NCBI GenBank assembly: GCA_973895155.1
Contig: OZ316894.1
Location: 9,138,234 to 9,202,233 of the forward strand
Origin: Marsupella aquatica
Lineage: Eukaryota; Plantae; Marchantiophyta
Reading direction: 5' to 3'
Length of the DNA stretch: 64,000 nucleotides
This document shows positions 23,016 to 36,237 of the stretch, piece after piece. How positions within the stretch are numbered: position 1 is the first letter of the stretch; each line of letters opens with the position of its first letter. The notes beneath the pieces were generated by a model. It searched no databases, was not told the origin of the DNA, and worked only from the letters and a program-made list of their open reading frames with translations. The position numbers were made by a program, and so were the translations under genes.

Positions 23016-26000
23016 TCCATTTCCATTGAGCGGAAGATAGCTGTCGGCCTAGAACTTCCTAGGTTTCAGCGCAGATACTCTAGCTGTACGTAATGGGCCG
23101 TGCTATAGAGACTTCAGCAGGAGTAAAACACAATCGGAAGGCTTTGGTTTACGGGAGTGTCGAAAAATAACTACGGATGTATCGGTCTGCCAGGATAATT
23201 AGGCTCGACCAGTCATGCTGTGCCTAGCTATGCGACAATTGCCTTGTATAGTGTTCAGTGAGGGCTATGGACCTTCGGCAATTTGGATACCCCCATATAT
23301 CGTTGCTCTAGTCTGCGGGCGGAGAAATAAAACGGGAGTTAACTAAGTTTACTGTTTAGTTCACCAACATCTACCTTTCTCGATCATTTGTGCATGTGCG
23401 ATTGTTCGAAATGGTTTTGTCAGCATATTAACTCACGAGGCGAGCTCTTGAATCGGCCAATCATCGCTATTGATGCACTTCTGCGTTTGTCTATGGACTT
23501 CGAATTCCTCCTTCGTCGGGTCTGTTCGAGTTTTGTCCATGTATCTCCCAATGTCCAAAAACTCTCCTCAAACTCCAGCTTCTCAAAGCTTATTGAACGC
23601 AAACTGTGATCGATCTCCGTAGAGCGGAAAAAAAGGAAAACAAACTTGAACACACATGAATGGATTGAGAAATAAAAATGTGTACAGATCTTTATTTTCC
23701 GCCTTCCCCTTCAAGAGAAATGACAGACAATCTAGAAATGTTTTCTGATCCATAACGAAGGAGTGAGAGAGATGAACCTTAAGAGCTAAATTCCCAGCGG
23801 AGACCCGAGACATTTGAAAAGCGAAAGACATGAAGCTCCTTAACCGAAAAATAGCGAGTACTTCATACAATGACACGTGGTCAGCTCAACCACTTACACC
23901 CGCAGAATTTTCATGAGTAAAGCCATCCGGAGACCACTTAATGTATTGACACGGGGTGAGTACACAGACTAACACTCGCGGCACTTTACACGAGTAAACC
24001 AGTAACCGGAGAACTCTAAATGAAAGATAGGAGTAGATCACTGAGAAGACAGAGTATCCTGTCAAACAAGCCAAGCTTTTGAACGAAGCAGCTGCCCTTG
24101 TTGGCTAGCTCAGTGCTATACTGTTGCTTTGTAATAATCTCGCTCATTCTTCGGTAACGCGTGATGTTGCTTCAGAATGGTATACAAATCGTAATGGTAC
24201 AAAGTATCCATTTGAGTACTTCACTTTCAAAAGGCACGACCGTCTTTGAGAGGCTGCATGAGTTGCTGTTGATTACATTCCTACAATAGTCATGAATGGC
24301 TCCATCTTCAATTCATGAACCGCACCTTGAGAGCAGAATTCTACTTCGTTCTGGGTTCACTTGTTCACCTTGCATGTTTTTAATCATTTTTAATTCTTCT
24401 CGCTGTGAAAGGTACCGTGAGTTCCTAGTTGCCCATTCGTGGACTAAAATCGATCCAACCGGAAGAAATGTAGGTCAGTCCACGTACGACCATTTGTAAC
24501 AAGTTCCGCAATTCAATTCTTACACGAGCAACACATAAGGACTGTAACTCTTGCATTGATATCTTGGGTCGAACCCAATTACCGATCGTCCGGAACTAGC
24601 TTGTCTCTCCTGCCTACAGCAAAACTGCGTACCCTCTACTACTGCTGTAAACGTTGATTCAATGGAGCCGGGCTATACACAGCTAGCGCTCGTGTTGCTG
24701 TGTTTCCGTTCAGTGTACCTCCGCGCGCGACTGTCAAATCAGTTGGATCGCAAATGCCAACCCATCCAGAAACAAGCTCACGGCCAACGAGTGCCAGCTG
24801 TTCTCCGCCCCATTTTAACGGAAATACAAACCGTCAATCCATATATCATCATTTCATTCGGTCTCCATCGATCAAGACTTCCCCATTTATTCATTTAACC
24901 TTGCTTGTGCACAGCTTTGCATCAAGTACGTTTGGCAAATACTTAATTGTGTCTGGTCCTTATCTTCGATCCGGGTCACTAACTTCATGTCAACGACACT
25001 CTTCAATCGATTCGGGAATATAATATTATTGCCCTCCCGGCGGCAGTTTCGGGGCAACAGGAAACTTGTCCACCAGGCAGGCAAGGGAAAGGCAAAATCT
25101 ACGTCCAGTTGAAACATGATTGCGCGTACAATCTATCCATCGCGATCACTCTTGACTGTGTTTCTATCTTTGTCCACTCATTGCTCCAGGTTATCGAGTA
25201 ACGACGTTATACTGCACCCAAACTTGATATATCTATTATAGATGGATGGATAGATATATACCGTACGTGCGTCCCCGAAGTTTGCATCAGGGCAGATATT
25301 CTTTAAAATATATTTGTAATCTCAAATCAATTAAGTTCCTATCGGTTGTGATGCGAGTAGCCCCAAATGGCTCAAGCAAATACGCTCCGGTACGTCCTGG
25401 TCGCGAGAACAATCATTTTGCGTGGACTTGGTTGATCCATTGCATGCGTGCATATTTAGAGGCAGTACGAACTAAACAAATAGGGTAGGCTTTAGTGCTC
25501 GCGGGGCACTTACCCTCTAAGAACAAAGGTGGCTGAGGACGACTGATCGAGAATTGGTGTACGTACTCGGTCTTTGATCATCAATTATCAAGTATCCGCG
25601 ACGTAGGCTTCAACGAGGGGAAGTATACAAATATCTCTTTGATTGAGATGAAGACTATCACGGGGAGAAGCAGGGGCAGGTTTCTTCGCACATTCATGAG
25701 CATATTAACTAAGAAAGTTGTTGCGAAGGTGCTATTTCAGCTTCCGACACGTACATTGCCCTATAGATTGTGGATGATGCAAGGATACGGACTTCTGCTC
25801 TCTCGATAAATCGAGAGCCAAAATTGAGGACCTACCGACGCCTAATGACAGATCTAGATAAAAATCTCGAAATGATCGTTGAAGTTAGGAAGAGTGCTGA
25901 GTGAGCAATGTCGGCGTCTGTGATTCATCTCACAGCTAAAAAGTGGTTCGCAATGGATCATTCAAGACCTCGAAAGATACAATCAGCAGACTCTGTTGAA

Positions 26001-27107
26001 GTGGATGGAGAATATTAAGTGAACCACGATGCGCTGTTCAGCTGCAGGTTGAGAACAAAATTCTGTTGCTCTTTCCTGGATGAAAGATATTATTGAGTTT
26101 GGTAAACTTTCATAGACGAAATAGATTCCCAAATATGGTAACAGCTCCATTCTCCCCATTAAGCAATTTAAATTGCTTGTGCTATAGAATAACAGCTAAC
26201 CTATTTTGGGCAAGCAAAAATCGTTTCTACGCAACATGTTTTTAGTTTGTTAGGATGAACTTATATTCCTCAATTCCTTATATGGATTTCAAAGTGGAAA
26301 ACACAGACTTTTTGTTGTTTTTTTTATTTTTTAATCAATGCAGCTTCTAAATAGAGACCCCTGCCTACTGTATAAAAATTGCTCACCCTGATGCTCATTC
26401 TCCAAACGAACCATTGGTCCTGAGTGTTCAGTAATTGATCATCTTTTAGTCTTTTTCATCCACCATTTTCGGGTCTCAATTCTCAAACCTCTGTGGGTAG
26501 ATTCTTAAATTGGTCGGTACGCTACTTAAGGTGGGCCCTAGACGGTACACTTTAGGGCCCACCTGAAATCCAGACCCCATATTCCAGTCAACTTTGACGC
26601 TGTTTCGCTGAAAGGTTTTAATGAAGTGCTTTCGTCCTGGAATGCTACTGTAGATATAATCGATGGCCCAACAACTTGAAAGAGAAAGCTTAAAAGCTGA
26701 AAGAAATGACGAACTGTTCATGGAACCTCACTATTCTTTAGAGAAAACAATTAACTGAGGATAAATTTAACTTACTGGTGTTACGTTGAAAAGCAATCTA
26801 AAGCCCTGTTTATTACAACGGCATTGTCCAAGCATGAAAAACTCAGGTAGGCAAGGGCATTTGGTTTTATTCACGACAATGATATCCTAGTGAGGAGAGG
26901 TTTACCTTACACATAACCTTGTTATAATGGATTTCACTAGGTGTGATTAGAGCCAGCTAGTCCCATCTACACTGTATTTGGATCTAAGTTTATCATTCAT
27001 GAACTATTCCATAGAGAGAGGCCAAAATTTACCTGGTGAAAGAAAACTTGATATTTAGACTATGTTTGTAAATAGGAGTCTGGGTACTGGAACAATTCCT
27101 GTGCATA

Positions 27108-27367
27108 CTCGGGAGGTCATTATATGAAGGGTCATACATCACGTGCGATGGTTTGGGTCATTTATGACCCCCCTAAGTCACTTTCTAGAAAGTTGTATGG
27201 CATCGATCATGTGATGACACGTATGCATGTTGCAATTAAACAACCCTATATTTCCATAGAAACAAAATCATTTAAAACCCACAAAATCATTTAAATGGCC
27301 CTATACTTCGTCGCACATGATATGCCACTTCCATGGAAGTGACCCCCCCCCCCCCCCCCCCCCCGAG
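27108..27367. mobile_element. MITE, subfamily 1 copy A (260 bp), 8-bp TSD TGTGCATA
   Basis: Ends CTCGGGAGGTCA / TGACCC...CCGAG with long imperfect TIRs; TSDs at 27100-27107 and 27368-27375; close homologue at 41736-41981. Confidence 0.92.
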
Positions 27368-27664
27368 TGTGCATACACATATTTGGGCTACCTTAGTCAG
27401 TGTTATGTAACAAACACAACTTTAATGAAAGTGAGGTGTAGTGAATAGTTATCAAAATGGTTTTGTAAAGGAATGGTTGGTTCAACTCAATTGATAGATA
27501 ATGCATACAAATGGGGGGATATCTGGTTTTTCAACCAAATATCCAAGTCCGTAAGGGGTGTTTTAGTGCAAGAATCTGTAAAGGGAGAATTACAGGGTAC
27601 CATCCATTCACGATGGGTTGTACTTGTGGAAAAATTAAGGCACCCTACAGGAGATTCCACCAGT

Positions 27665-27957
27665 CTCAGTGGTCTCATTATATGGGGACCTCCTCATCAC
27701 CCGTGACTTTTTTAGGTCTCGGACCCCCTAAAATGTAAGTATTTTTAAATTTTTTTAACCCCTATAAATTTTGGATATTCTTGGAATATTCCAAAAATGG
27801 ATATTAAATACACTAATATTTTTATGTCTCAAAATAGAATTTAAAAGACCCTATTGTTCTTCTGCAAAAGTTCTTAAGTCTTCTTTTAGAACCAATAAAA
27901 CAACCCTATCCTTCGTTGCACGTGATATGTCATTTTTGTGGAAGTGAAACTCTCGAG
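27665..27957. mobile_element. MITE, subfamily 2 copy A (293 bp), 8-bp TSD CCACCAGT
   Basis: Ends CTCAGTGGTCTCA / TGAAACTCTCGAG; TSDs at 27657-27664 and 27958-27965; homologue at 40517-40777. Confidence 0.9.
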
Positions 27958-29099
27958 CCACCAGTTGGTAACTAACTTGTATACCAAACCTAAAATAGAT
28001 TACTAGTAGCTATGAGTGTTGTCTTGACTACCTGTGCTTTTCTCAACTCTTGGTCATGATTATGCTCATTGCATTGACCCCAAAGTAGTCTCTTACACCC
28101 CTGGTTGCTATTATGCCCTCTTGACAGAAATTGAGTTTGTGCTTTCTGACTTAACCCTCCAGCTCTCTCCAGGGAAGCCATAAGCTGTAATTTCTCTGAT
28201 AACAAGTTTTGTATATATTTAGATTGTGCTTGTGAGTAGGGCCGGGCACATAGAGTATGGATATGGAAGCTCTCATGTGCATATGCATCAATATTCAAGG
28301 TACAACTCCAAATCTACAAGAAGATATGCAAACTGGGTGATAGGAAATACAAAGACAAACTTTGTATAGTCTTGACTAATGCCCCAAAAAACAAGTTGTT
28401 AGCTCTAGTTATGTACCAACCATATTGCCCTCATAACAAGGTGTCTAAGAGATTTTTCTTAAGTTTTACTATTTCAGTAAAAGTATATGGAAAGTCTCAT
28501 AATTCCCCCATCCAAATCTGGACTATGCATTCTTCGCCATAAAGGATCTAAAAGTAAAAAATGAAAATTCACCAAGGGCATGTAGGTAGTAAAGTTCTGT
28601 TTACAGGGTGTGAGATTTAATGACCCGAAACAAGAGAGCCTCAATTCGAGTTTTTAAGGGGGCCATTTTTGCCCATAATGCTTTGGTAAGAGGACCTTAA
28701 TTGTACACTTAGAGGTGAACCAGACTTTATTTGTAGTAATTTTTGCACTTACTTGTACAAATTTTTGTAAACGTAGTTGAGAGTTTCCATAGTGAGCCAA
28801 CACAAAGCTTGACTGCACTGAAAATTACTAAAGAAGCAAATCACTAAGGGCATGAAGTTCACAAGACCTGGTTGCACTAGATTTTCCTCACATCAAGTTT
28901 TGAACACAACATATGAATCTTAAGTAATTCCATTCTCTACAGTCGGGTAATCCCCTCAAATCGACTTGTAAAGAGTGTCACATGTGACGAACCCTCATCA
29001 CTCTACTCTCGGCTAAAGGAGGGCCAAATCTCCCTGAAATCTACCTGTGAATTTCAGGACGGTTGGGAGCTCGTTGAAACCGAGAGTTTGAGTTTGGCT

Positions 29100-31042
29100 A
29101 TGGCCGCCTCGACGTCTCTGGCAGTCATCTCCTCTTGGTCCGGGACGCGAGGACCTGCCGCTGCTTCCTCTTCTCGAATTCACGAAGGCCGTCCTTCGAA
29201 ACAGAGGATCAGAGTGTCAACTCCAAGAGAGCAACGTCATGCAATTTTGGGTTCGGGGTTTCTAGGCCAATTAGAGCTGCGAGGAGCGGTAGGAGGACAA
29301 GAGGCAGGGAGGGTACGACGACGGAACCTGGGTCTTCGAAGGAGGAGGGTTGGCGTGGCCAGGGCAGGGCTTCCTGTTGTCTCGAGCATCCCAGTGCTTG
29401 GTCCTGTTTTGAATGCATTTCTCAATCCAGTGGTGTTGTTCATTCTCTATGCTGCAGGAGGTAAGCTTTTCCGAGAGCTTACAGCCAATGTCTACAAGAA
29501 TTTATATTTCTGTCGTCGCCCTAGACTCTGTTTAGAAATGCAGAGTAGTAACATTTTTTTTTCTGTTGCTTGGGAATGATCTTCATGGCTTAGATTCCGA
29601 AGGTGTATGTACTTTGGAAGAGATAATCTTATGTATTCTAGCATCGCCATCTGTCCCTGTTCCGCAAATTCCTGCAAACATGCAATGCATTTTCCTGAGC
29701 CAAAGTTTTGTTACGAGAACTTCAGAACGAGGCGGATCATTCTTGTTCTTGCCAGTGATGTAAACCAGTAAACCGTTGGGTGTTTGCTTGATGTAAACCC
29801 TGATCCTTCGTCGGATTTTGGCCTTTACTGCCCTCATTCACTGTGCAACCAGCCTTTACAATATGAGCAATTCCGCTGCGGGATGTCTAGCGTTTCGGGA
29901 AGCCTCATAGTTGATCGGAATGTAGCTTCATGGTCTTTGATGGGGGCCATGCTTTGAGATCTCCGATCTGCATATTTCAATAGATCCAGAATTGAAGTCC
30001 TTTCGTTTTAGAGGGAGGTGAAGTGGTGAAGCTCGGACTTTGGTTTTGGGTTCTGGGTGTAGACGCAGCGTTATTTGACAATGGATGCCCCTTTTTTTCT
30101 CAGGAAAGGTACTGGAAAAATCTCCCGTCTTCCCTAGTTTCTTGAAAAAATGTCAAATGATTACTTGAACCTCCGAGATTTACTGCCAGTCCTGAATTTG
30201 TTTCATCTACCCAAGGATGCCATGGCCAATATGGACTGGGACCTGATACCCATGTTTGTCCCAGTTACATATCAGTACAACACCTTTTCAGGGGTGTTTG
30301 TCGTTCTTCTCCCCTTGCCACAGGGCATTTGTTTTACACATTCTCAGGTTCTATTGTCTAAGGTGGTTTCCAGCGATTTCAGACAAGTTTGCGAAGGGTT
30401 GATATTGTTCGACACGGCTATTTGTTTATCTGAATGCAGCTTCCAGGTTTTGGTCTGGATTCGAGAGAACGTCCTACAGTAGCTCTGCGCCCACCAAAGT
30501 AGCTCTCACTGCCTTATGGCCAGGTATTCAGCAAAATTTTAAACCCTGAACTCTCACAAGCTACTCTTGTTTTCTGGGGAAAGTGGGTTGAGAACTTCTT
30601 TAGAAACAGAAGAGAACATATGAAGTAAACTAAAACCTTCAGACAGCTTATTTGTTTCAGGTGGGAATGGATGACTAGGGGCAAGGATACCCTGACTCCT
30701 CCCCTTAAGGATGTCAGTCGTGAGAGGTTTCTGGAAAGTAAAAACAACGCTATGAGTTCTGTTGATTGCTCAGTTCTGAATTTTTACTCGTCGGCTGTGT
30801 GGTTTCTATAGCTATAAGAGGGACGCTGGCAACATTGTCAAATTAGGGGTCAAATTAGGGAGAGTCAGACATCCTCGATCAGTTCAAGTCTCGTCACAAA
30901 ATTCTTGATAGTCTGGTCAAAAGGGATCCAGTCGAATAGTTGCCTGCCTTTGACGAACGCCTACCTATTGTATTGGAACTGTGCAGCACTCTTCATTGCT
31001 TCTGCAGCTTTTCGTTCAAATTTTAAGAAAGCTATAAAGTAA
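29100..31042 (+). CDS. Small plastid-targeted membrane protein, 166 aa; exons 29100-29460, 30440-30523, 30987-31042
   Basis: Ser/Arg/Ala-rich transit-peptide-like N-terminus (MAASTSLA...VARA). The mature part carries two hydrophobic segments: LNPVVLFILYAAGASRFWSGFERTSYSSSAPTKVALTALWPALFIASAAFRSNFKKAIK. Both introns are phase-1 GT-AG. Confidence 0.85.
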
Positions 31043-31895
31043 TGTGAAACGTGTTACACAAACGGCTCTGAGGTACAGACAGGCATTTGATTCCAACAAC
31101 TTGAATTCTGTAAGTTTCGAACAAATGATAATTGTATATGTCTTGATCTGGTTTTTGGGTTGTTCTTTAGAGTTGGTCTGCAATAGACCTGTAATTTCAT
31201 TCATTTTAAAACGGAATCTGAAAATGTGTTGAACAATTATCATGCATTCGTCGTCATTTCAGCAACCCTAACCACACCTTACTCTCTCGCAGATAACAGG
31301 GGGAATGGTGGAAACTTTGCCTCACAAGTTTCTGATCGTAGAGATTCGCATGACTGTCTTGGGAAAAAGGTTCACTCACACCAAGCTTGATTTTTATAGC
31401 TCCGTGATGTGCAAAATAACAAAATGGGCAGTAATGAAGTTGTAGCCTCAAACTCAGCCACCGATTTGCGAGGAAGCATTTTGCATTAAAGGAACTATGG
31501 TGAGAGCATAGAAATGCTGGCTCACTGCATCAATTGATGCATTGAAAAGGACCTGTCATGGGTTGTAAATGCTGCCCAGCAAACCATAAAAGTTTGGCAA
31601 CGTATACCTGATCGATGGCATGGCCTTGCAAATTTAGCTGCATGTTCCCAAACTAGGTTTAAACCGTGACCGCCCACATGACCATAATTATGAAATGATG
31701 CCCTTAGAGCAATTGAAGTGCAGGTAGTATTTTCAACAAAAAGTTGGGGCTCTTCCTGTTAAAAGTTGCAGGAGCGAAGAATCTGAAGTGACTTTTAAAG
31801 AAAAGCTGAAGGACATGTCACTTCCACAAGTGTGATGCAAGAATATTATGTGTACCAAATAATCTACCTCTGGAGATGTCCTTAATCCACCTTGA

Positions 31896-32010
31896 GATTG
31901 GAACAAAGGGCGAATTCCATTCTCAGCACTGTCTAGAATTTTAGATTTACCTGATTGGAACAAAGGGCGAATTCCATTCTCAGCACTGTTCAGAATTTTA
32001 AAATTTACCT
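31896..32010. repeat. 57-bp tandem duplication
   Basis: gattggaacaaagggcgaattccattctcagcactgt...atttacct at 31896 and at 31953. Confidence 0.95.
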
Positions 32011-33545
32011 CATATGATTGAGTTCGCTCTGCCCTCTGCTACAACAAATAGTTCAAAGTAACAGCAGGTTCAAAGAGAATGATGGAACTAAGAGGGTGGA
32101 TGCTGGCCAGATTTCAGTCAATCAAACGTATTAAGTACTTTGTATTAATCACTTGACCTCACACTCCTAAACCCGACTTCGTAGACACAGGGAATGGGTA
32201 ACCCCTGTGAGGAATTGCTACAAATAGTGGAAGTAGGTCAGCACAAGTATAAATTTGTTGGAGTAGACTTTGCCAAAACGATTGCTGGTGAAGGTGATTA
32301 CCACGTCTACGATCAAATGTGAAGGTGATTACCACGTGAAAGAAAAATGTGTTGGAGTTCAGGTGGTACCTGGCAATGATCTTTGAGGTGGCCAAGTTTT
32401 GCCAAGATCTTACCTCCTTCAACTTGGATTCAGCCAGATCTTTGAAGATCTAGTGGCTTTCCTTAAATTCAGGATAGACACAATGACTTCTCATAAATTG
32501 ACTATGTATAGATAAATATTAGGGGAGTCCCACAAATTTTCCCTCCTAGATCCTTGAGGCATTCAAGAAAAATACATAAGTGCATCACAAGTACTAAAAT
32601 ACATATATATATACTACAGTCAGAATCTTCTCATGAATTTTGTCATCATTTCATTAACATTCAGAAAATGAGCATTGAAGCTCAGGCCCACTCCAAAGAG
32701 CAACTAGGACCTGATGGGCCTCCCTGTCATTTGTCAGCATGATATATACATTTAACTAGTAAAGTGCCCATTAAAGCTACACTTTGTGCCTACTGCCTAG
32801 AGTGAAGCTTAGGCTGTGACTTTGGGGATGGGAAATGAGGAACGGTGGTGGGGACTAGTGGCTGGCAAAGTGACTTTGGGAGAGGTGCATTCCAACTGGG
32901 CAAGCATGGGCAAGCTAGTTTCTTAGAATCTCCGATGTGGAGTGCTACCTCAAGAGCATAGACTGCCTTGTCAGTGCAATTGACAGGTGGAAGCCTGCCA
33001 ACGAGGAAGTCAGGCGTTTAGGCAAATGAACTCTCCCTCAAGGATATCACCATATCATCTACATATAAACTAGACCTGCATGCTTTACGACCGCAGGGCC
33101 AGGTGCCACGAGTACAAAACCCTGTTTGAACTTTTGGCAACACAATATAGTTATACTCAGGACAAGCTCTCCCAAAAGGGTTTGTGCACATGTGGCTTGC
33201 AGACATAAATGGATGCCTACAACCAAAAGACAACACTGTTGGTATGGTTTTAAATTAAAGAAATCTTAGTATTTCTAAACACTAGAATTCAATCCCGCTC
33301 TTTTTGTTTTTTGTAACATTGGCGTTTTTTGCCCTTGGGCAGTGTATATATTTATTAAGTGTCATTCTGGCAAGAGAACATTTAAGTGGTCTAATATTTA
33401 ATCCTCCAATTTATTTCTCATGATTTGTTTACAATAAATCATTCTAGTGGGGAAGCCTCCCTAACTGTTTGACTAAGGTGAGATTTTTTTTCCTAGCCCT
33501 GAGATGACCTAAATTTGGCCCAACATGTTATTGTTTTATCTTATA

Positions 33546-33837
33546 CAAGCCCTATGCCAGTGCGCTGCACTGTGCAAGGAGGGCCGGCCATTGGGAGTTA
33601 GGCCAGGGCATGCGGGAAGCACATACGTGTCAGGGGTGCACATTTATTCCATCATTGGTCAGGGAAAACAACTAATCTAATCACATATGTGTCAGAGATG
33701 CACCATTTTTTCATCAATGGTTAGGGAAAATAGCTAATCAAATCCAACGACTCAGGATCTTTCCCGTCCAAGAAACTTTTTTTTTTGTATTGGGAGGAAG
33801 GACTAAAAAAGATTGGATCCCTTATTATAGATATAAA
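33546..33837 (-). mobile_element. Non-autonomous Helitron, family B copy 2 (degenerate ends)
   Basis: Reverse-complement homology to 21203-21417. Perfect subterminal hairpin cagtgc-N3-gcactg, then gggCTTG|t; 5' end TTTATATCTATAATAA. Confidence 0.7.
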
Positions 33838-34851
33838 TTATTTTATTTTATAAATACATAAAAGAATAGAGAATGATAAGATAGTTCATACTTTCTTTGC
33901 ACTTCTTTTGTCCATTGTATTGTAGCTCGTATGTCTTGGTCCTATGCGTAGGTCTCCACTTTCCACACAGTTAAGATCTAGTATCTAATATTACAACATG
34001 CTGGACGGATCTCGACATTTGTCCCTTTTTTCTCTTTTTTTGGTCATGTTCGAAGTATCTGTGGTGAATTGGTGCCATTCCACCGTGGGCTTTTTCTACA
34101 CTAACCTTGTTACTATATTTATGGTCTTGCATGTGCATGCTCTACCAACGGACCCTAAAATCCTACCATGGCAGCACGTAGCACAACGCAAAGCACATGC
34201 CAGACCTTGGGGCACCTTTAGGGGGCCTTCACAAGACAGTGGGGGCGGTTTAGTGTCTCTGCTTCCAAAGCAAAACCGGAGGCCAGTTGCATACGCCAAA
34301 GGTAAGATCCCTTTAGCCAAATATGCTAGGTTTGGAAATAACAATTGCAATACCCTGAATAGACCAAAAACTTTAATCAGCAAAGCAAGTGAATAGGATA
34401 GGTAATAGTTCTGCCTCATTGTGCCCCCAACTTCATGTCAAGTGAAGTCCTGCATGTTCCCACATTTGACTGGCTAGACTTGGAATTATGGTGAGAGCAT
34501 TGTGTGCCATAATGCACCCAACAAAGACACCTTCAGCTAGAGTTCTAAGAGGATATTATTGCCCATAATGCTTTGACTAATAGCAAGATGTTAATAAACT
34601 TAAAGGTCTAAGAGATGTTTCTTTTTGTAAAGTTTAGTAAAAGTAGAGACCAACTTTGATGATAACTTGATAAAACTCTTGTGCAATGTTCTCCATAAAG
34701 CCACAGAATTTACAAAGAAAAAAATCACAAAGGCCATCAAGTATATAGCAGGCCAGGGCATTTTGGGCCATAACACACAAAAATGAACGATTTAGTTCCA
34801 GTTATGAGTACCTATTATTACCCATAGTGCACTCCTTACAAGTACAAATCT

Positions 34852-34986
34852 TGGATCCTAGAATTTTTTGAAACTTCTCCCCTGCTTAATACACTTGAGA
34901 TCCTAAATGAAATTTTATTTAAAGTAGGGGAGAAGTTTCAAAATTCTTAGTAAAAGTAGGGTAGAAGTTTCAAATTCTAGGATCCA
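34852..34986. repeat. 135-bp fold-back element with terminal inverted repeats (MITE-like, TSD unclear)
   Basis: tggatcctagaattt..tgaaacttctcccctgctt is inverted relative to aagtaggggtagaagtttcaaattctaggatcca. Confidence 0.7.
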
Positions 34987-36237
34987 GTCTAGTGTAGATT
35001 CTTCTCCATAAAAGCATCAAAATTACAACAAAACAAATCGCGAAGGACTTTAAGGAGCCAAAGCAATACTTAGCCAAAGCAATATAAGCCTCTGTTCTTT
35101 GTGGCAACACGTCCAACAAACAAATCAGACTCCAACTGAACCCTGGTGAGAAATTCTGCTTTGTCGAGCCCAGGGGTCAAGATCGACGGTACTGGAAGTA
35201 GTGTCCAGCCTGTAATGAGAGTTAAGGGCCGTCGATCTCTGCCCCAACAACCGCAGTCACAAGACGAGTTGCATGAAGAAAAAGGTTGTGCTACGATCCT
35301 TATAATAGGTTTCTGACGCGACACTTCTCGCGGAAGATGAGCCCACAAATCCGTCACCTTCTCTTGCTCTTCCCTGAAAGCAAGGCGCTCACCTCCACCT
35401 CATCAGAATTTGATTGATTTGATTGATGAATCCGATACACATACGCACATTCCCATCGCCACCTGTCTGAACCTTTACACGACGTATCAAATGGACAAGA
35501 CCACGTCGAAACTCGATTTCTCTACATAAAGGATTCATCGATCGATTCAACATTTTTAAGCTCAGAATTTTGTGAAGTGAACTTTTCTGTCATCTCAAAG
35601 TCTGCAGAAACTGCTTCTCGGATTGAAGCGCGAATTGTTGTGACACGCTGATCGCTGCTCTGACTCGCTCTTCAGCTTGGCATCAGGATTCCGGCTGCTG
35701 CATCTGATTCACGATAAGAGCAGTCAATTTACATCACCAATTGTCACCTAGCTACCGATACGAGGTCTCTCGCATAGTACAAGCTCTCGAGGTCTCTGCC
35801 TAGTTCGATCTGTAAGTTGGGAGGCTCCATAAGCTGGACTTTCAGAGCTTGTGAGGAGGTATCTGAAGTGCTTTGCTGGCTCACTTTTCTCGGTGTAGGC
35901 GAATATTTATGGCGGTAATTAGTCGAATTGTTTGAGTAAGTTGGGTGAAGACATTCATTCAACTTTGATAGTCGATTGATTTGGTCGAGTGTTTTGTCGA
36001 TCGAGACGTCAAACAAGTTAGCTCCAGGGTGACTTCTATCTTGCGGTGAAGATTTTACGATATCTGAGGAGGTACTAAATCTGCGAGGCTGGAGTAGTTG
36101 ATCGAATTCAACCCTCTTACAGTTAATTCTCGTCCTCTGAAACGCATACCGCTAGAGTTTTTCGCACTCGAGTTAAGACTGATCGATAGCATAGCATAGC
36201 AACAGCAAAAGCACTTTGTTCCTGGAGAAGTATAATC

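Noticed and set aside
33018-33236. SLYVDDMVI, resembling a reverse-transcriptase YxDD motif
   Set aside because: No convincing upstream QGDPLSP-type motif or other RT blocks; at best a very decayed LINE fragment.
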